NCBI GenBank assembly: GCA_943332855.1
Contig: CALQRA010000001.1
Span: 3,276 to 67,275, forward strand
Direction of reading: 5' to 3'
Source of the DNA: Candidatus Kuenenia stuttgartensis
GTDB taxonomy: Bacteria > Planctomycetota > Planctomycetia > Pirellulales > UBA1268
DNA length: 64,000 nt
In this document: in pieces, positions 37,478-46,227 of the stretch
How positions within the stretch are numbered: the first letter of the stretch is position 1
Layout of the letters: each line of letters begins with the position of its first letter
Position numbers and translations under genes: made by a program
Notes under the pieces: model-generated
The model's input: the letters and a program-made list of their open reading frames with translations, nothing else
Databases searched by the model: none
Told to the model about the DNA's origin: nothing

Positions 37478-38824
37478 ATGTCTGCCGGGGAGAGAACCAT
37501 GCGTGAAGCAAGGCGAATGATGTTGAAGTCGGGGGCCGCGGCAGTAGCGTTGCCGCTGGTGACGGCGGTCGCGCGGGGGGCCGAGCCCGTCGCGCCGCTC
37601 CCGGTGGCCGTCATCGGCCCCGGCGGGATGGGGCGATCGCATCTCGAGCATCTCGCTCGGCGGGACGACGTCCGCGTGGCGTGGGTGTGTGATGTCGATG
37701 CCGACAGGCTCGCGGCCGCCAAGTCGCTCGTTGTCGAGGCCGGGCACGATGAGCCGCAGGGGAGCGCGGATCTCCGCGACGTGCTTGCCGACAAGGACGT
37801 GAAGGCTGTCTGGATCGCCACCCCCGACCATTGGCACGGACCCGCCGCGATCCTCGCCGCCGACGCCGGGAAGCATGTCTATGTCGAGAAGCCCGCCTGC
37901 CACAACTTCCGTGAGGGGCGGCTGATGGTCGAGGCGGCCCGGCGCAACCGCATCGCCATGCAGGTTGGGACGCAAGCCCGCAGTGCCCCGATGATCCGCC
38001 GGGCGATCGACAAGCTCCGCGCCGGAGCGATCGGTGAGGTGATCGTCGCCAAGGCCTGGAACAGCCAGCGCCGCGGATCGATCGGCAAGGAGAAGCCTTC
38101 GGATCCGCCCGCGAGCCTCGCCTACGATCAGTGGGTCGGTCCGGCCGCCTGGCAGCCCTATCAGAAGAACCTCCTTCCGGGAGTGTGGCGGTTCTGGCGC
38201 AACTTCGGCTGCGGCGACATCGGCAACGACGGCGTTCATGAGATCGACATCGCGCGCTTTGGCCTCGGCGTCGACGAGCATCCCGATCGGGTGGCGGGGC
38301 TGGGCGGAAAGTACTTCTTTGACGACGATCAGGAGTTCCCCGACACGCAAGTTTGCGTCTGGGAATGGCCCGGGGCAGGGGGCTCGACCAAGCGCCGGCA
38401 ACTCGTCTTCGAGCAGCGCGATTGGTCGCCGTATGTTCAGGAGGGGCATGAGAATGGCAATGCCTTCTATGGCACGAAGGGGATGCTCACCTTGGGCAAG
38501 CGAACCGGCTGGCAGCTCTATTCAGAGCGCAACAAGCTCATCGACGAAGAAGTTGGCAGCGTCGATCTCATCGCCCACCACGACGATTTTCTCGATTCCG
38601 TGCGGACAGCGATCGCCGGCGGGGAGCCGCGCCGGACCCACGCCGACATCGAGGAGGGGCATCGCTCGGCGGCGCTTGTGCACCTGGGCAACATCGCTTG
38701 CCGGCTGGCGCGGACGCTTCATTTCGACGCCGCCGCCGAGCGGATCATCGGCGACGACGAGGCCCAGGCTCTCCTCACGCGGGCGTATCGGGCCGGGCAT
38801 TGGGCCGTGCCGCGGGGCGTGTGA
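37478..38824 (+). CDS. Gfo/Idh/MocA family oxidoreductase with Tat-like leader
   Basis: ORF trimmed to ATG 37478, which is preceded by GGAGGGG. Leader ...ARRMMLKSGAAAVALPL, Rossmann motif VAVIGPGGMGRSHL, and VYVEKP typical of the family. Confidence 0.85.
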   Translation: MSAGERTMREARRMMLKSGAAAVALPLVTAVARGAEPVAPLPVAVIGPGGMGRSHLEHLARRDDVRVAWVCDVDADRLAAAKSLVVEAGHDEPQGSADLRDVLADKDVKAVWIATPDHWHGPAAILAADAGKHVYVEKPACHNFREGRLMVEAARRNRIAMQVGTQARSAPMIRRAIDKLRAGAIGEVIVAKAWNSQRRGSIGKEKPSDPPASLAYDQWVGPAAWQPYQKNLLPGVWRFWRNFGCGDIGNDGVHEIDIARFGLGVDEHPDRVAGLGGKYFFDDDQEFPDTQVCVWEWPGAGGSTKRRQLVFEQRDWSPYVQEGHENGNAFYGTKGMLTLGKRTGWQLYSERNKLIDEEVGSVDLIAHHDDFLDSVRTAIAGGEPRRTHADIEEGHRSAALVHLGNIACRLARTLHFDAAAERIIGDDEAQALLTRAYRAGHWAVPRGV

Positions 38825-39480
38825 CGATTTCGTCGCGGCTGGTATCGCGGGAGCCTTGCAGTCCGCCCGCCCTCCGGTGCCACCATGACGAAGATCGTTG
38901 TTCTCGACGGCCACACAGCCAACCCCGGCGACGTCTCCTGGGAGCCGCTGGAGCGCCTCGGTGAAATCACCGTCCACGATCGGACGAAGCCGGGCGATGT
39001 CGTCGCCTGCGCTGCCGATGCGGATGTCGTGCTCACGAACAAGACGGTGCTCACGGCCGAGGCGATCGCGGCGCTGCCGCGGCTCAAGCTGATCTGTGTC
39101 CTCGCCACCGGCTACAACGTCGTCGATGTTGCCGCCGCGAAGGCACGCGGGATCCCGGTTTGCAATGTCCCGGAGTACAGCACGCCGAACGTCGCCCAGG
39201 CTGTCTTCGCGATGCTGCTCGGCCCGCGCGGGGGGCGCTGGTCAACGAGGCCGATCTGGCGGCGGCGCTCCACGCCGGGCGGATCGCCGGGGCAGGCCTC
39301 GACGTCCTTTCGGTCGTGCCGCCGTCGCCGTCGAATCCCTTGCTCACGGCGCCGCGCTGCGTGATCACCCCCCACATCGCCTGGGCGACGCGCGACGCCC
39401 GCCGCCGGCTCTTCGAGACGACGGCCGGCAACGTCGCGGCGTTTCTGGCCTGCTCGCCCCGGCATGTCGTCAACGGCTGA
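38726..39480. repeat. segmental duplication, copy A (oxidoreductase 3' end + intergenic + deleted dehydrogenase gene)
   Basis: Collinear with 47535..48641. I counted 17 mismatches in the first ~330 nt of the dehydrogenase CDS (~95% identity). Copy A is a net 352 nt shorter. Confidence 0.9.
38885..39480 (+). pseudogene. D-2-hydroxyacid dehydrogenase pseudogene (internal 352-nt deletion with frameshift)
   Basis: ORFs 38885..39364 and 39160..39480 are in different frames. Together they match the N- and C-terminal parts of the intact 315-aa paralogue at 47694..48641. The central NAD-binding region is missing; the junction is near 39221. Confidence 0.85.
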
Positions 39481-39772
39481 CGGGGCGTTGACGGCATTTG
39501 CGATGTTGGAACGAAAGTTCTCGGCGTTTCCGGTTTATCTTCCCCATGGCGCCTGAGACGATGTGGGATTGCGGTGCGGGATTCTGCCGGAGCTTCTGCC
39601 GGATGATTTTCTGGGTCGGCTTTTGCCCAGCGGCTTGACATCGATCTATCGCCGCATGAAACTCCCCGCCAAAAAGCGACGAAACGACTCCTCCGAGGGG
39701 CTGCGTGGCGGTTTCTATCGGTCGGGATTCTCCGGCCCGTTCGTGGTGGCTTTTCCAAAGTGAGACGGACTC

Positions 39773-42376
39773 ATGCTCAATCGTCGGGATGTGCTCAAGG
39801 CAGGTGTCGGGTCGCTGGGGCTGACGGGTGCGGCCGCGGCCGAGGATGGCACCGGGCCCTTCGACCAGCCGACGGCGAAGTTCGACGTCAAGAAGACAAC
39901 GCTGGTTCCGAATTGGGCCTTTCGGAAGTTGCTCCCCATCCCGCCGGTCCCGCGGCCGACAGCCGTCGGCACCTACGAGGAGTTGACCCGACAGGGAGCG
40001 ATGCCGTTCGGGGCGACCGATCCGGTTCCGATTGGCGGCTGTTTCCATGGCGTTGCTCGGGAATGGGGGGAGACACCCGAGCATTGGCGGGCCTACGGGC
40101 TTGACCCTGTGCTCAGCGGCGTCGACTCGTGGAACGACAAGAAACGCTGCTTCGGCAAGTTCTACAGCCACGAGAATCCCGCGGATCGTTCGAAGGACAT
40201 CGCGAATTGGGGCCACTTCCCCATCAAGTGCTACAAGGTGCCGATGGTCGAGTTGGAGAAGTGCCTCGCGAATCATGACCTGCCCGCACGTCTCTACGGC
40301 TACGCGGGCATCGTTCCTGGGCCGATGCATGCCTTCCGGCTCGGTCAGCCGGTTGTCATCCGCTACGAGAATCATCTCGAGACGGAGGTCTCGATCCACC
40401 TCCACGGCGGACATTCGCCTTCCCACAGCGACGGTTTCCCGACGTTTTACGTCCTTCAGGGGAAAGCTCGAGACTACTTCTACCCCAATATTATTCCCCT
40501 CAAAAAAGTGACTTCCGAGCCTCGCGGGACGTCCGCGCCCGTGACCGATGCGGCCGCTCAGGAGTTTCTCAAACAGGAACAGCAGTGGTTTCGCGAAATC
40601 GCGCAGGAGGCGACTCGCCAGGGGCATGCTGTGACTCACCAAGTCGATATGGGGGAGGCCCAGTCGTCGGTCTGGTATCACGATCATGCCACGGATGCCA
40701 CCGGCTACAACGTCGCGAAGGGGCTGGCTGGGGTGGCTCGATACTTCGGTGAGCGGGAATTGCGACTCATCCACGACGGTGTTCTCCCCGGTCTGCGGGA
40801 GAAATCGTGCTTCGATCCTGATCTCCATCAGTTGGTGGAGCGCGAAGAGGTCGAAGACCCCGACAATCCCGGCTACTACAAGCCTGGCAAGGAGCCGTAT
40901 CACAACCCATACGACATCTACATGGTCCTCCAAGACCGTGTCATCGATCCGGCGACCGGGCAGGTGTCCTACAATTCCGACGCCCACAACGGCTATCTCG
41001 GCGACATCGTGTTGGTCAACGGCGAGGCGTATCCCTTTCTGAATGTCGAGAATCGAAAGTACCGCTTCCGGTTCCTCGATGGCTCGAACTCCAGGATTTA
41101 TCGACTTCGGCTCCTCTCAGAAGAAAACTACCTCCGGGCGCAGCGTTTCGGTGTTGGCACGGCGGCGGCAGGCGTGGTTGGAGATGGCGAATCCGCCGCT
41201 TCAGTTCTTTCCGACTACGACCTGATCTCCGAGCCGTTCCTGCGGATCGGAAAGGATTCCTGGCTGTGGTCGAAGCCGCTACCACGGAGGAGCGTGACGA
41301 TCGCCATGGCTAACCGGGCTGATCTGATCGTTGACTTCCCCGCCCTGGCGTCTGATCTCGGTGCCGGGGAGGAGCGGGTCTTCTATGTCGTCAACACGAT
41401 GCCTCAGACCGATGGCCGCGGTCCGAAGCAACCTCTGGCGGACGGCGGTGATCCTCGGGTGTTGCCATTGCCCTTCGACACTGTCGCCAGCCCCGATGGT
41501 GCGATCCCGGCCACCAGCGTTGCCGAGCTCCCCCGACCGATGCCGCTGATGAAAATCATCGTTCGTGGCCGGCCTGTGCCGAAGGAGCAGGATGCGAGCA
41601 TCAACGTCGACACCTGCCTCAATCCTCATGATGCGATCCTCGATGACGAGGTCCAGGTGGTTCGGGAGTTTGTGTTTCAGCGGGGGCGTGGAGCCTGGAT
41701 GATCAATTCCAGGTTCTATGATCCGACGATTTCCAACGTGAATCCGACCCTCGGCACCGTCGAAGAGTGGGTCTTGAAGAACGGCGGTGGTGGCTGGTGG
41801 CACCCCATCCACATCCACCTCGAGAGTCATCAGTTGGTGCGATACGAGAAGAGCTTCGACGCCGATGCGATTGTCGATGCTGCAGATCCGCCCGCGCAAC
41901 TGCCGGTGGGAGGGTTCGTCGATGTGACGGGGGAGATTCCGGGAGAGGAGGTGCGCGGGCTCCACGACACGCAGATTCTCGGGCCGAACACGGTTGCCAG
42001 GATCCGAATGCGTTTCCGCACCTGGAATGGTCCTTTCGTGTTCCACTGCCACAACGTGGAGCATGAGGACATGCGGATGATGTTCAATTTCGAGCCGGTG
42101 CCGCGGCGCGAGATTCTCAATCGAGCCACCGAAGAGCTGGAGCGCTCGCGAGGCGAGGATCGCCGTGACGCCAATGGCTACCCCGATGCCCGCACGCACG
42201 GCGACGACGTCACCCTGCAGCCCAGCGGGACCGATTCTGACGAGCCACGCAAGATCGGGGAGCTTCCCTGGGAGATGCATCCAGTGCCAAGGACGCCGGC
42301 GGCGGAGGCGCCCGGGCCGTTCATTCCCAAGCGTTCCGCTGGCGACACCGACGTGAAAGAGGGGGCCAAGCAGTGA
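39773..42376 (+). CDS. Tat-exported multicopper oxidase (bilirubin oxidase/CotA-like) with insertions and a ~110-aa C-terminal extension
   Basis: Leader MLNRRDVLKAGVGSLGLTGAAAA. All four copper-ligand motifs are present: IHLHGGH, WYHDH, HPIHIHLESH, HCHNVEHEDMRMM. At 867 aa it is larger than the usual ~500-600. Confidence 0.85.
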   Translation: MLNRRDVLKAGVGSLGLTGAAAAEDGTGPFDQPTAKFDVKKTTLVPNWAFRKLLPIPPVPRPTAVGTYEELTRQGAMPFGATDPVPIGGCFHGVAREWGETPEHWRAYGLDPVLSGVDSWNDKKRCFGKFYSHENPADRSKDIANWGHFPIKCYKVPMVELEKCLANHDLPARLYGYAGIVPGPMHAFRLGQPVVIRYENHLETEVSIHLHGGHSPSHSDGFPTFYVLQGKARDYFYPNIIPLKKVTSEPRGTSAPVTDAAAQEFLKQEQQWFREIAQEATRQGHAVTHQVDMGEAQSSVWYHDHATDATGYNVAKGLAGVARYFGERELRLIHDGVLPGLREKSCFDPDLHQLVEREEVEDPDNPGYYKPGKEPYHNPYDIYMVLQDRVIDPATGQVSYNSDAHNGYLGDIVLVNGEAYPFLNVENRKYRFRFLDGSNSRIYRLRLLSEENYLRAQRFGVGTAAAGVVGDGESAASVLSDYDLISEPFLRIGKDSWLWSKPLPRRSVTIAMANRADLIVDFPALASDLGAGEERVFYVVNTMPQTDGRGPKQPLADGGDPRVLPLPFDTVASPDGAIPATSVAELPRPMPLMKIIVRGRPVPKEQDASINVDTCLNPHDAILDDEVQVVREFVFQRGRGAWMINSRFYDPTISNVNPTLGTVEEWVLKNGGGGWWHPIHIHLESHQLVRYEKSFDADAIVDAADPPAQLPVGGFVDVTGEIPGEEVRGLHDTQILGPNTVARIRMRFRTWNGPFVFHCHNVEHEDMRMMFNFEPVPRREILNRATEELERSRGEDRRDANGYPDARTHGDDVTLQPSGTDSDEPRKIGELPWEMHPVPRTPAAEAPGPFIPKRSAGDTDVKEGAKQ

Positions 42377-42957
42377 CCGAGTCGACATTCGCCCGAAAGG
42401 GCAGCCGCTTATTGATCTCGGATCGTTTTGCCAACGTTCCGCTGATCAATCATTTTGGTCAGGCCGTCCGATTCCGGGACGATCTGGTCAACGGTCGGGC
42501 GATGATCATCAACACGATGTACACCAACTGCGACGGCACCTGTCCCGGAACGTCGGCGCGCCTGCAGCAATTGCGAGACGATCTTTCCCCGCTCTTCGGC
42601 CGGAAACTGGTGATCGTTTCGATCTCGATCGACCCCGCCGAGGATTCGCCGCGTGTTCTCCGGGAGTATGCCGCGGGCTTCGACGCTGACATGCCCCGGG
42701 CCGACCGTTGCGAGTGGCATTTCCTCACCGGTGCGGTGGCGGCAATCGAGGAGCTGCGTCGGAGTCTCGGCTTCTACGATCTCGATCCAAAGGTCGATGC
42801 CGATCGCACCCGCCACGCGGCGATGCTTCAGTTCGGCAATCCGAACGCGGATCGCTGGGCAGCGCTGCCGTCGGCGTTGCGAAAGCCATTGCTTCTGGAG
42901 GCAATTCGTCGGGTATGCGGCTTCACGTTCGAACAGCGGTACGGGATCCCCGGCTGA
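42373..42957 (+). CDS. SCO1/SenC-like thioredoxin-fold copper chaperone homologue, no recognisable signal peptide or anchor
   Basis: MYTNCDGTCPGTSARL (CxxxC), IVSISIDPAEDSPRVLREYA, WHFLTG, and a downstream His (RTRHAAM). Its GTG start overlaps the oxidase stop (GTGA). Confidence 0.7.
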   Translation: MTESTFARKGSRLLISDRFANVPLINHFGQAVRFRDDLVNGRAMIINTMYTNCDGTCPGTSARLQQLRDDLSPLFGRKLVIVSISIDPAEDSPRVLREYAAGFDADMPRADRCEWHFLTGAVAAIEELRRSLGFYDLDPKVDADRTRHAAMLQFGNPNADRWAALPSALRKPLLLEAIRRVCGFTFEQRYGIPG

Positions 42958-42981
42958 TTCGCCGGCAGGCATTTTTCATTT

Positions 42982-45900
42982 GTGAGGGGCAAGTCGATGC
43001 GTGCATCCCGTGGTTGGGCTGTGTGGAGTCGGTGCTGGCGGCGCCGCGTGGCGATTGTCCTCGTGGCTGTCATGGGGAAGGGGCTCATGATGCCGCCCGG
43101 TGGTGTGGCCGCACCGCCGCAGCGGGATCCACCGGCAGCTTTTCACCTAGTCGGCGAGGAGGACTTACAACTCCTTGACCGGGTCCAGCAGGTGATCGAC
43201 GACTGGAATTCCAGGCGGCTGGTCGATCCCTACGTCCGTCATGTGGAGTCGGTGGATCAAGACGGCAAGCCGACGGTGCAACGGCTAGGAGCCAGGGAGG
43301 ATCTCAACGAGTTCATCGCCGATTACGCGGCCGCCGAGGCCCTCGGAAAAGCCTTTTTCTGGGAGATGCAGGCCGGGAGCGACTTCCGACGTGAACAGGG
43401 AAAGTTTATTGGAACGGCCTGCGCCTCGTGTCACTACCGCCACGGGGCCGATGCGCGCGACACCCACACCACCCGGATCCCATTGGTCGCCTGGGACAAT
43501 TATCCGCTCGACGGCGGACATCCGCTGACGTTCGGCGAGTCTCAGCTGCCCTATGATCCTCTTGTTTCGGCGACGACAACGATCACGTCGCTTGACCAGC
43601 TCTACGATACCCGGTCTGAGCAACGTCGCCAGCTTCCCGTTCCCCGCCCAGGCCTACCGGGTGATGGGGAGGCCTTCGACGCGAATGAGGAAGACGAAGC
43701 CCCGAGGACTCCCTTGTCGCTGATCGTCGGATCACAGGGCGTCGAGCGCCGGACGTATCAAGAACTCAAGGTGCTCCCTGACGGATCGTCTACCGAGGAT
43801 TGGTACTCCGAAGCGTCGAGTCCCATCTCTCCCGATCCTGCGGAAGCCCCGCGAATGCCAGACGAATGGGAGATGTTCTCTAAGGAAACAAGATCGTTCC
43901 GGCAGATCACGCCCCGTAATTCGCCGTCGGTATTCAATGCAACCTTCTCCGACCGGCTCTTCCATGACGGGCGGGCGTCCTCGACGTTTAATGGCTTCAG
44001 TATCTTCGGCGACTCAGATAGCCGGAAAGTAATTCACATCCGGCGTGAGCGGCGCGGCAGAGGTGGATCGGTGGAGGTGACGCTCGAACCGGTGCGGATT
44101 GCCTTGACTAACGCGGCGCTCGCCTCGCAGGCGCTCGGTCCGATCGTCAATGAAGTGGAGATGTCCTACCAGGGCAGAACCTTCCACGATCTGGGGCGGA
44201 AGCTTCTCGACGCCACCCCCCTTGGCTATCAGAGCGTGAATGCCGCCGACAGTCACATGGGCTGGTTGATCGCCGAAGCCGAGCAACGCGAGCCAGGCAC
44301 AGCGGTGGTGGGGCTCGGGACGAAGTACCGCAAGCTCATTCAGCGTGCCTTCCGGCGCGAGTGGTGGGATGGGGCTGTCACGACAGGAAGGGACGGGCAG
44401 ATTCCTGTACCACTGCGTCTTGCACGGCCTCAATCGGGTGCCAACGAAGAGGCGTGCCCCACTGGCCCCCTCATGGAGGCGAACTTCTCGCTCTACTGGG
44501 GGTTGAGCATCATGCTCTACGAGGCGAGCCTTGTTTCCAACGACTCGCCCTTTGACCGGATGATGTCCGGCGACCCGAGTGCTGTCGAGGACCGCTGGAC
44601 GGCGCTCAAAATGAAGCCCTCGGTGTTGATCGATCGGGTGGAGACGAAGTATCCCCCTCCGCAGGGCACTCCCCCCTTCGAGTTCTCCGGTGGTGCCGAG
44701 GTGTTTCAGCGAGGATTCCGCGTGTTTCTCAGCCGCGGCTGTCATGACTGCCATGCCGGGCCGCTGTTCAGTGAGACCTATTCCCGTGAGCGCAATTCGA
44801 GCCCCGGTCAACCGATCGCCCATGCCATCGAGCAGACGCTCCTGCCGACGTCGCGTGGCGACGCGATCGCCCTGGCGCTGCGACCAGGCAAACAGACGCT
44901 TCTCGCCGCGGTCGCCGAGCAACTCCTCGACAGATGCGGTGGTGATCGACAGAGGGCTGTAACGCTCGCCGGGCAGCTCGATCTGCTCCGGGAGGAGGCA
45001 GGGGGCCACACGTCGCGTATGGAATCGCTGGTGAAGGATCGGCTCTTGGATGTGATCGGGCCGGCGGATCCCGATGTCAAGCCGAATGATGGAGCGATCG
45101 CCAAGCTTTTCATGGACTACGAGCGCAACCTGGCCAAGGGCGCCGGGAATCGGACTTTCTTCACCGAAGATGAGCGGGTGGCGTATGCCCACTCCCTCGG
45201 GCTTCCGCTCCTCGTCGAGAAGACCCCGCTTCCCCCTGGAATTGCGGAGATGAGGGCCCGACTGCCTCTGTCGGGGCCGCCTGCTTCGGCCCCATACGCT
45301 TTCTACGATTCGGGCTTCTACAACCTCGGGGTCGCACCGCCTCGATACGACCGCGGAATTGGTGACTTCGCCCATCAGCTCGACGAGCTTGAAGATGGCT
45401 CAGTCGAGCTCGGCAACCGATTGCAGGGAAAAGCAGCGAATTCCAGACAGGGGCATCACCATGTCGCAGGCGGTTCGGCCTACTCCCTCCCGTCTCCTGC
45501 ACGCCTTTCAAAAAGAGGGGTCACGAAGCGCCCTTCCGACGACGAGGGTTCCCGTCCTGACACCTCTTGGTACCGGAATGTGCCAATGTGGCCCGGGGAC
45601 GACCCTGCTGCCGCGGCGATGACGACTCAGCGGCGATCCGAAGTTCATCTCTACTCGCGGGCGCGTCAGCTTGTCCTCACGGAAGTACCGTGGGGACACC
45701 GCAAGCCGTTGCTCCATGACAACGAGTTATTGTTCTGGGGCAGCTTCAAGACACCGTCCCTGCGAAATGTCGAATTGACCGGGCCGTATATGCACAACGG
45801 ACGGCTCCTCACGATTATGGATGTGCTCGACTTCTATGATCGGGGAGGCGATATCCCCTTCGACGGCGTTACGAACCCCGACAAGCACCCGGCGATGCGG

Positions 45901-46131
45901 TCGCTGTCGATGTCGATCGACGACAAATATGCTGTTGCCTTCTTCCTTGCCTGCCTTACCGACGATCGTGTCCGGTATGAGCAAGGGCCCTTCGATCATC
46001 CGTCGCTGCGGATTGCGAATGGCTACGCAGCTGATCCGGGTGGCACGCCCATCAGCCAGGCCTTTGATCTGCCGGCGGTGGGTATCGAAGGGTCACCCGA
46101 CAGTCGGCCATCGTTTCCTTCCTCGAAGTGA
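42982..46131 (+). CDS. expanded di-haem cytochrome c peroxidase / MauG-family protein (1049 aa)
   Basis: Two CxxCH motifs: CASCH at 43420-43434 and CHDCH at 44740-44754. Family blocks PRNSPSVFNATFSDRLFHDGRA, QALGPIVNEVEM, SPFDRMMSGD and FKTPSLRNVELTGPYMHNGRLLTIMDVLDFYDRGG. N-terminal hydrophobic leader. Confidence 0.8.
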   Translation: MRGKSMRASRGWAVWSRCWRRRVAIVLVAVMGKGLMMPPGGVAAPPQRDPPAAFHLVGEEDLQLLDRVQQVIDDWNSRRLVDPYVRHVESVDQDGKPTVQRLGAREDLNEFIADYAAAEALGKAFFWEMQAGSDFRREQGKFIGTACASCHYRHGADARDTHTTRIPLVAWDNYPLDGGHPLTFGESQLPYDPLVSATTTITSLDQLYDTRSEQRRQLPVPRPGLPGDGEAFDANEEDEAPRTPLSLIVGSQGVERRTYQELKVLPDGSSTEDWYSEASSPISPDPAEAPRMPDEWEMFSKETRSFRQITPRNSPSVFNATFSDRLFHDGRASSTFNGFSIFGDSDSRKVIHIRRERRGRGGSVEVTLEPVRIALTNAALASQALGPIVNEVEMSYQGRTFHDLGRKLLDATPLGYQSVNAADSHMGWLIAEAEQREPGTAVVGLGTKYRKLIQRAFRREWWDGAVTTGRDGQIPVPLRLARPQSGANEEACPTGPLMEANFSLYWGLSIMLYEASLVSNDSPFDRMMSGDPSAVEDRWTALKMKPSVLIDRVETKYPPPQGTPPFEFSGGAEVFQRGFRVFLSRGCHDCHAGPLFSETYSRERNSSPGQPIAHAIEQTLLPTSRGDAIALALRPGKQTLLAAVAEQLLDRCGGDRQRAVTLAGQLDLLREEAGGHTSRMESLVKDRLLDVIGPADPDVKPNDGAIAKLFMDYERNLAKGAGNRTFFTEDERVAYAHSLGLPLLVEKTPLPPGIAEMRARLPLSGPPASAPYAFYDSGFYNLGVAPPRYDRGIGDFAHQLDELEDGSVELGNRLQGKAANSRQGHHHVAGGSAYSLPSPARLSKRGVTKRPSDDEGSRPDTSWYRNVPMWPGDDPAAAAMTTQRRSEVHLYSRARQLVLTEVPWGHRKPLLHDNELLFWGSFKTPSLRNVELTGPYMHNGRLLTIMDVLDFYDRGGDIPFDGVTNPDKHPAMRSLSMSIDDKYAVAFFLACLTDDRVRYEQGPFDHPSLRIANGYAADPGGTPISQAFDLPAVGIEGSPDSRPSFPSSK

Positions 46132-46227
46132 GAAGTCGGTACGCCACGCCAGTGATTCAGGTCAGTCCACAACTCCCGGGAAGTCGTTCCCACGGGCCAA
46201 CACTTTCTGTCATCGGGAAAAGTCATC

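Noticed and set aside
36443-38449. 668-aa minus-strand ORF spanning two plus-strand genes
   Set aside because: It crosses the boundary between the FG-GAP protein and the Gfo/Idh/MocA gene, both well supported on the plus strand. No motifs are present.
38885-39480. Treating 38885..39364 and 39160..39480 as two small genuine genes
   Set aside because: Together they are the N- and C-terminal thirds of the dehydrogenase encoded intact at 47694..48641, joined by a frameshifting 352-nt deletion. They were called as one pseudogene.
39640-39672. TTGACA-N17-GAAACT promoter-like sequence upstream of the oxidase gene
   Set aside because: The -10 matches only 3/6, and planctomycetal promoter consensus is poorly known. 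The evidence is too weak to call.
39470-40987. 505-aa minus-strand ORF
   Set aside because: It is antisense to the multicopper oxidase gene, which shows all four copper-ligand motifs and a Tat leader. The translation has no recognisable features.
44014-45375. 453-aa minus-strand ORF, plus similar long antisense or alternate-frame ORFs at 46210..47100, 48218..49336, 51134..52645 and 51295..52653
   Set aside because: All overlap better-supported genes on the other strand or frame and have low-complexity, Arg-rich translations.
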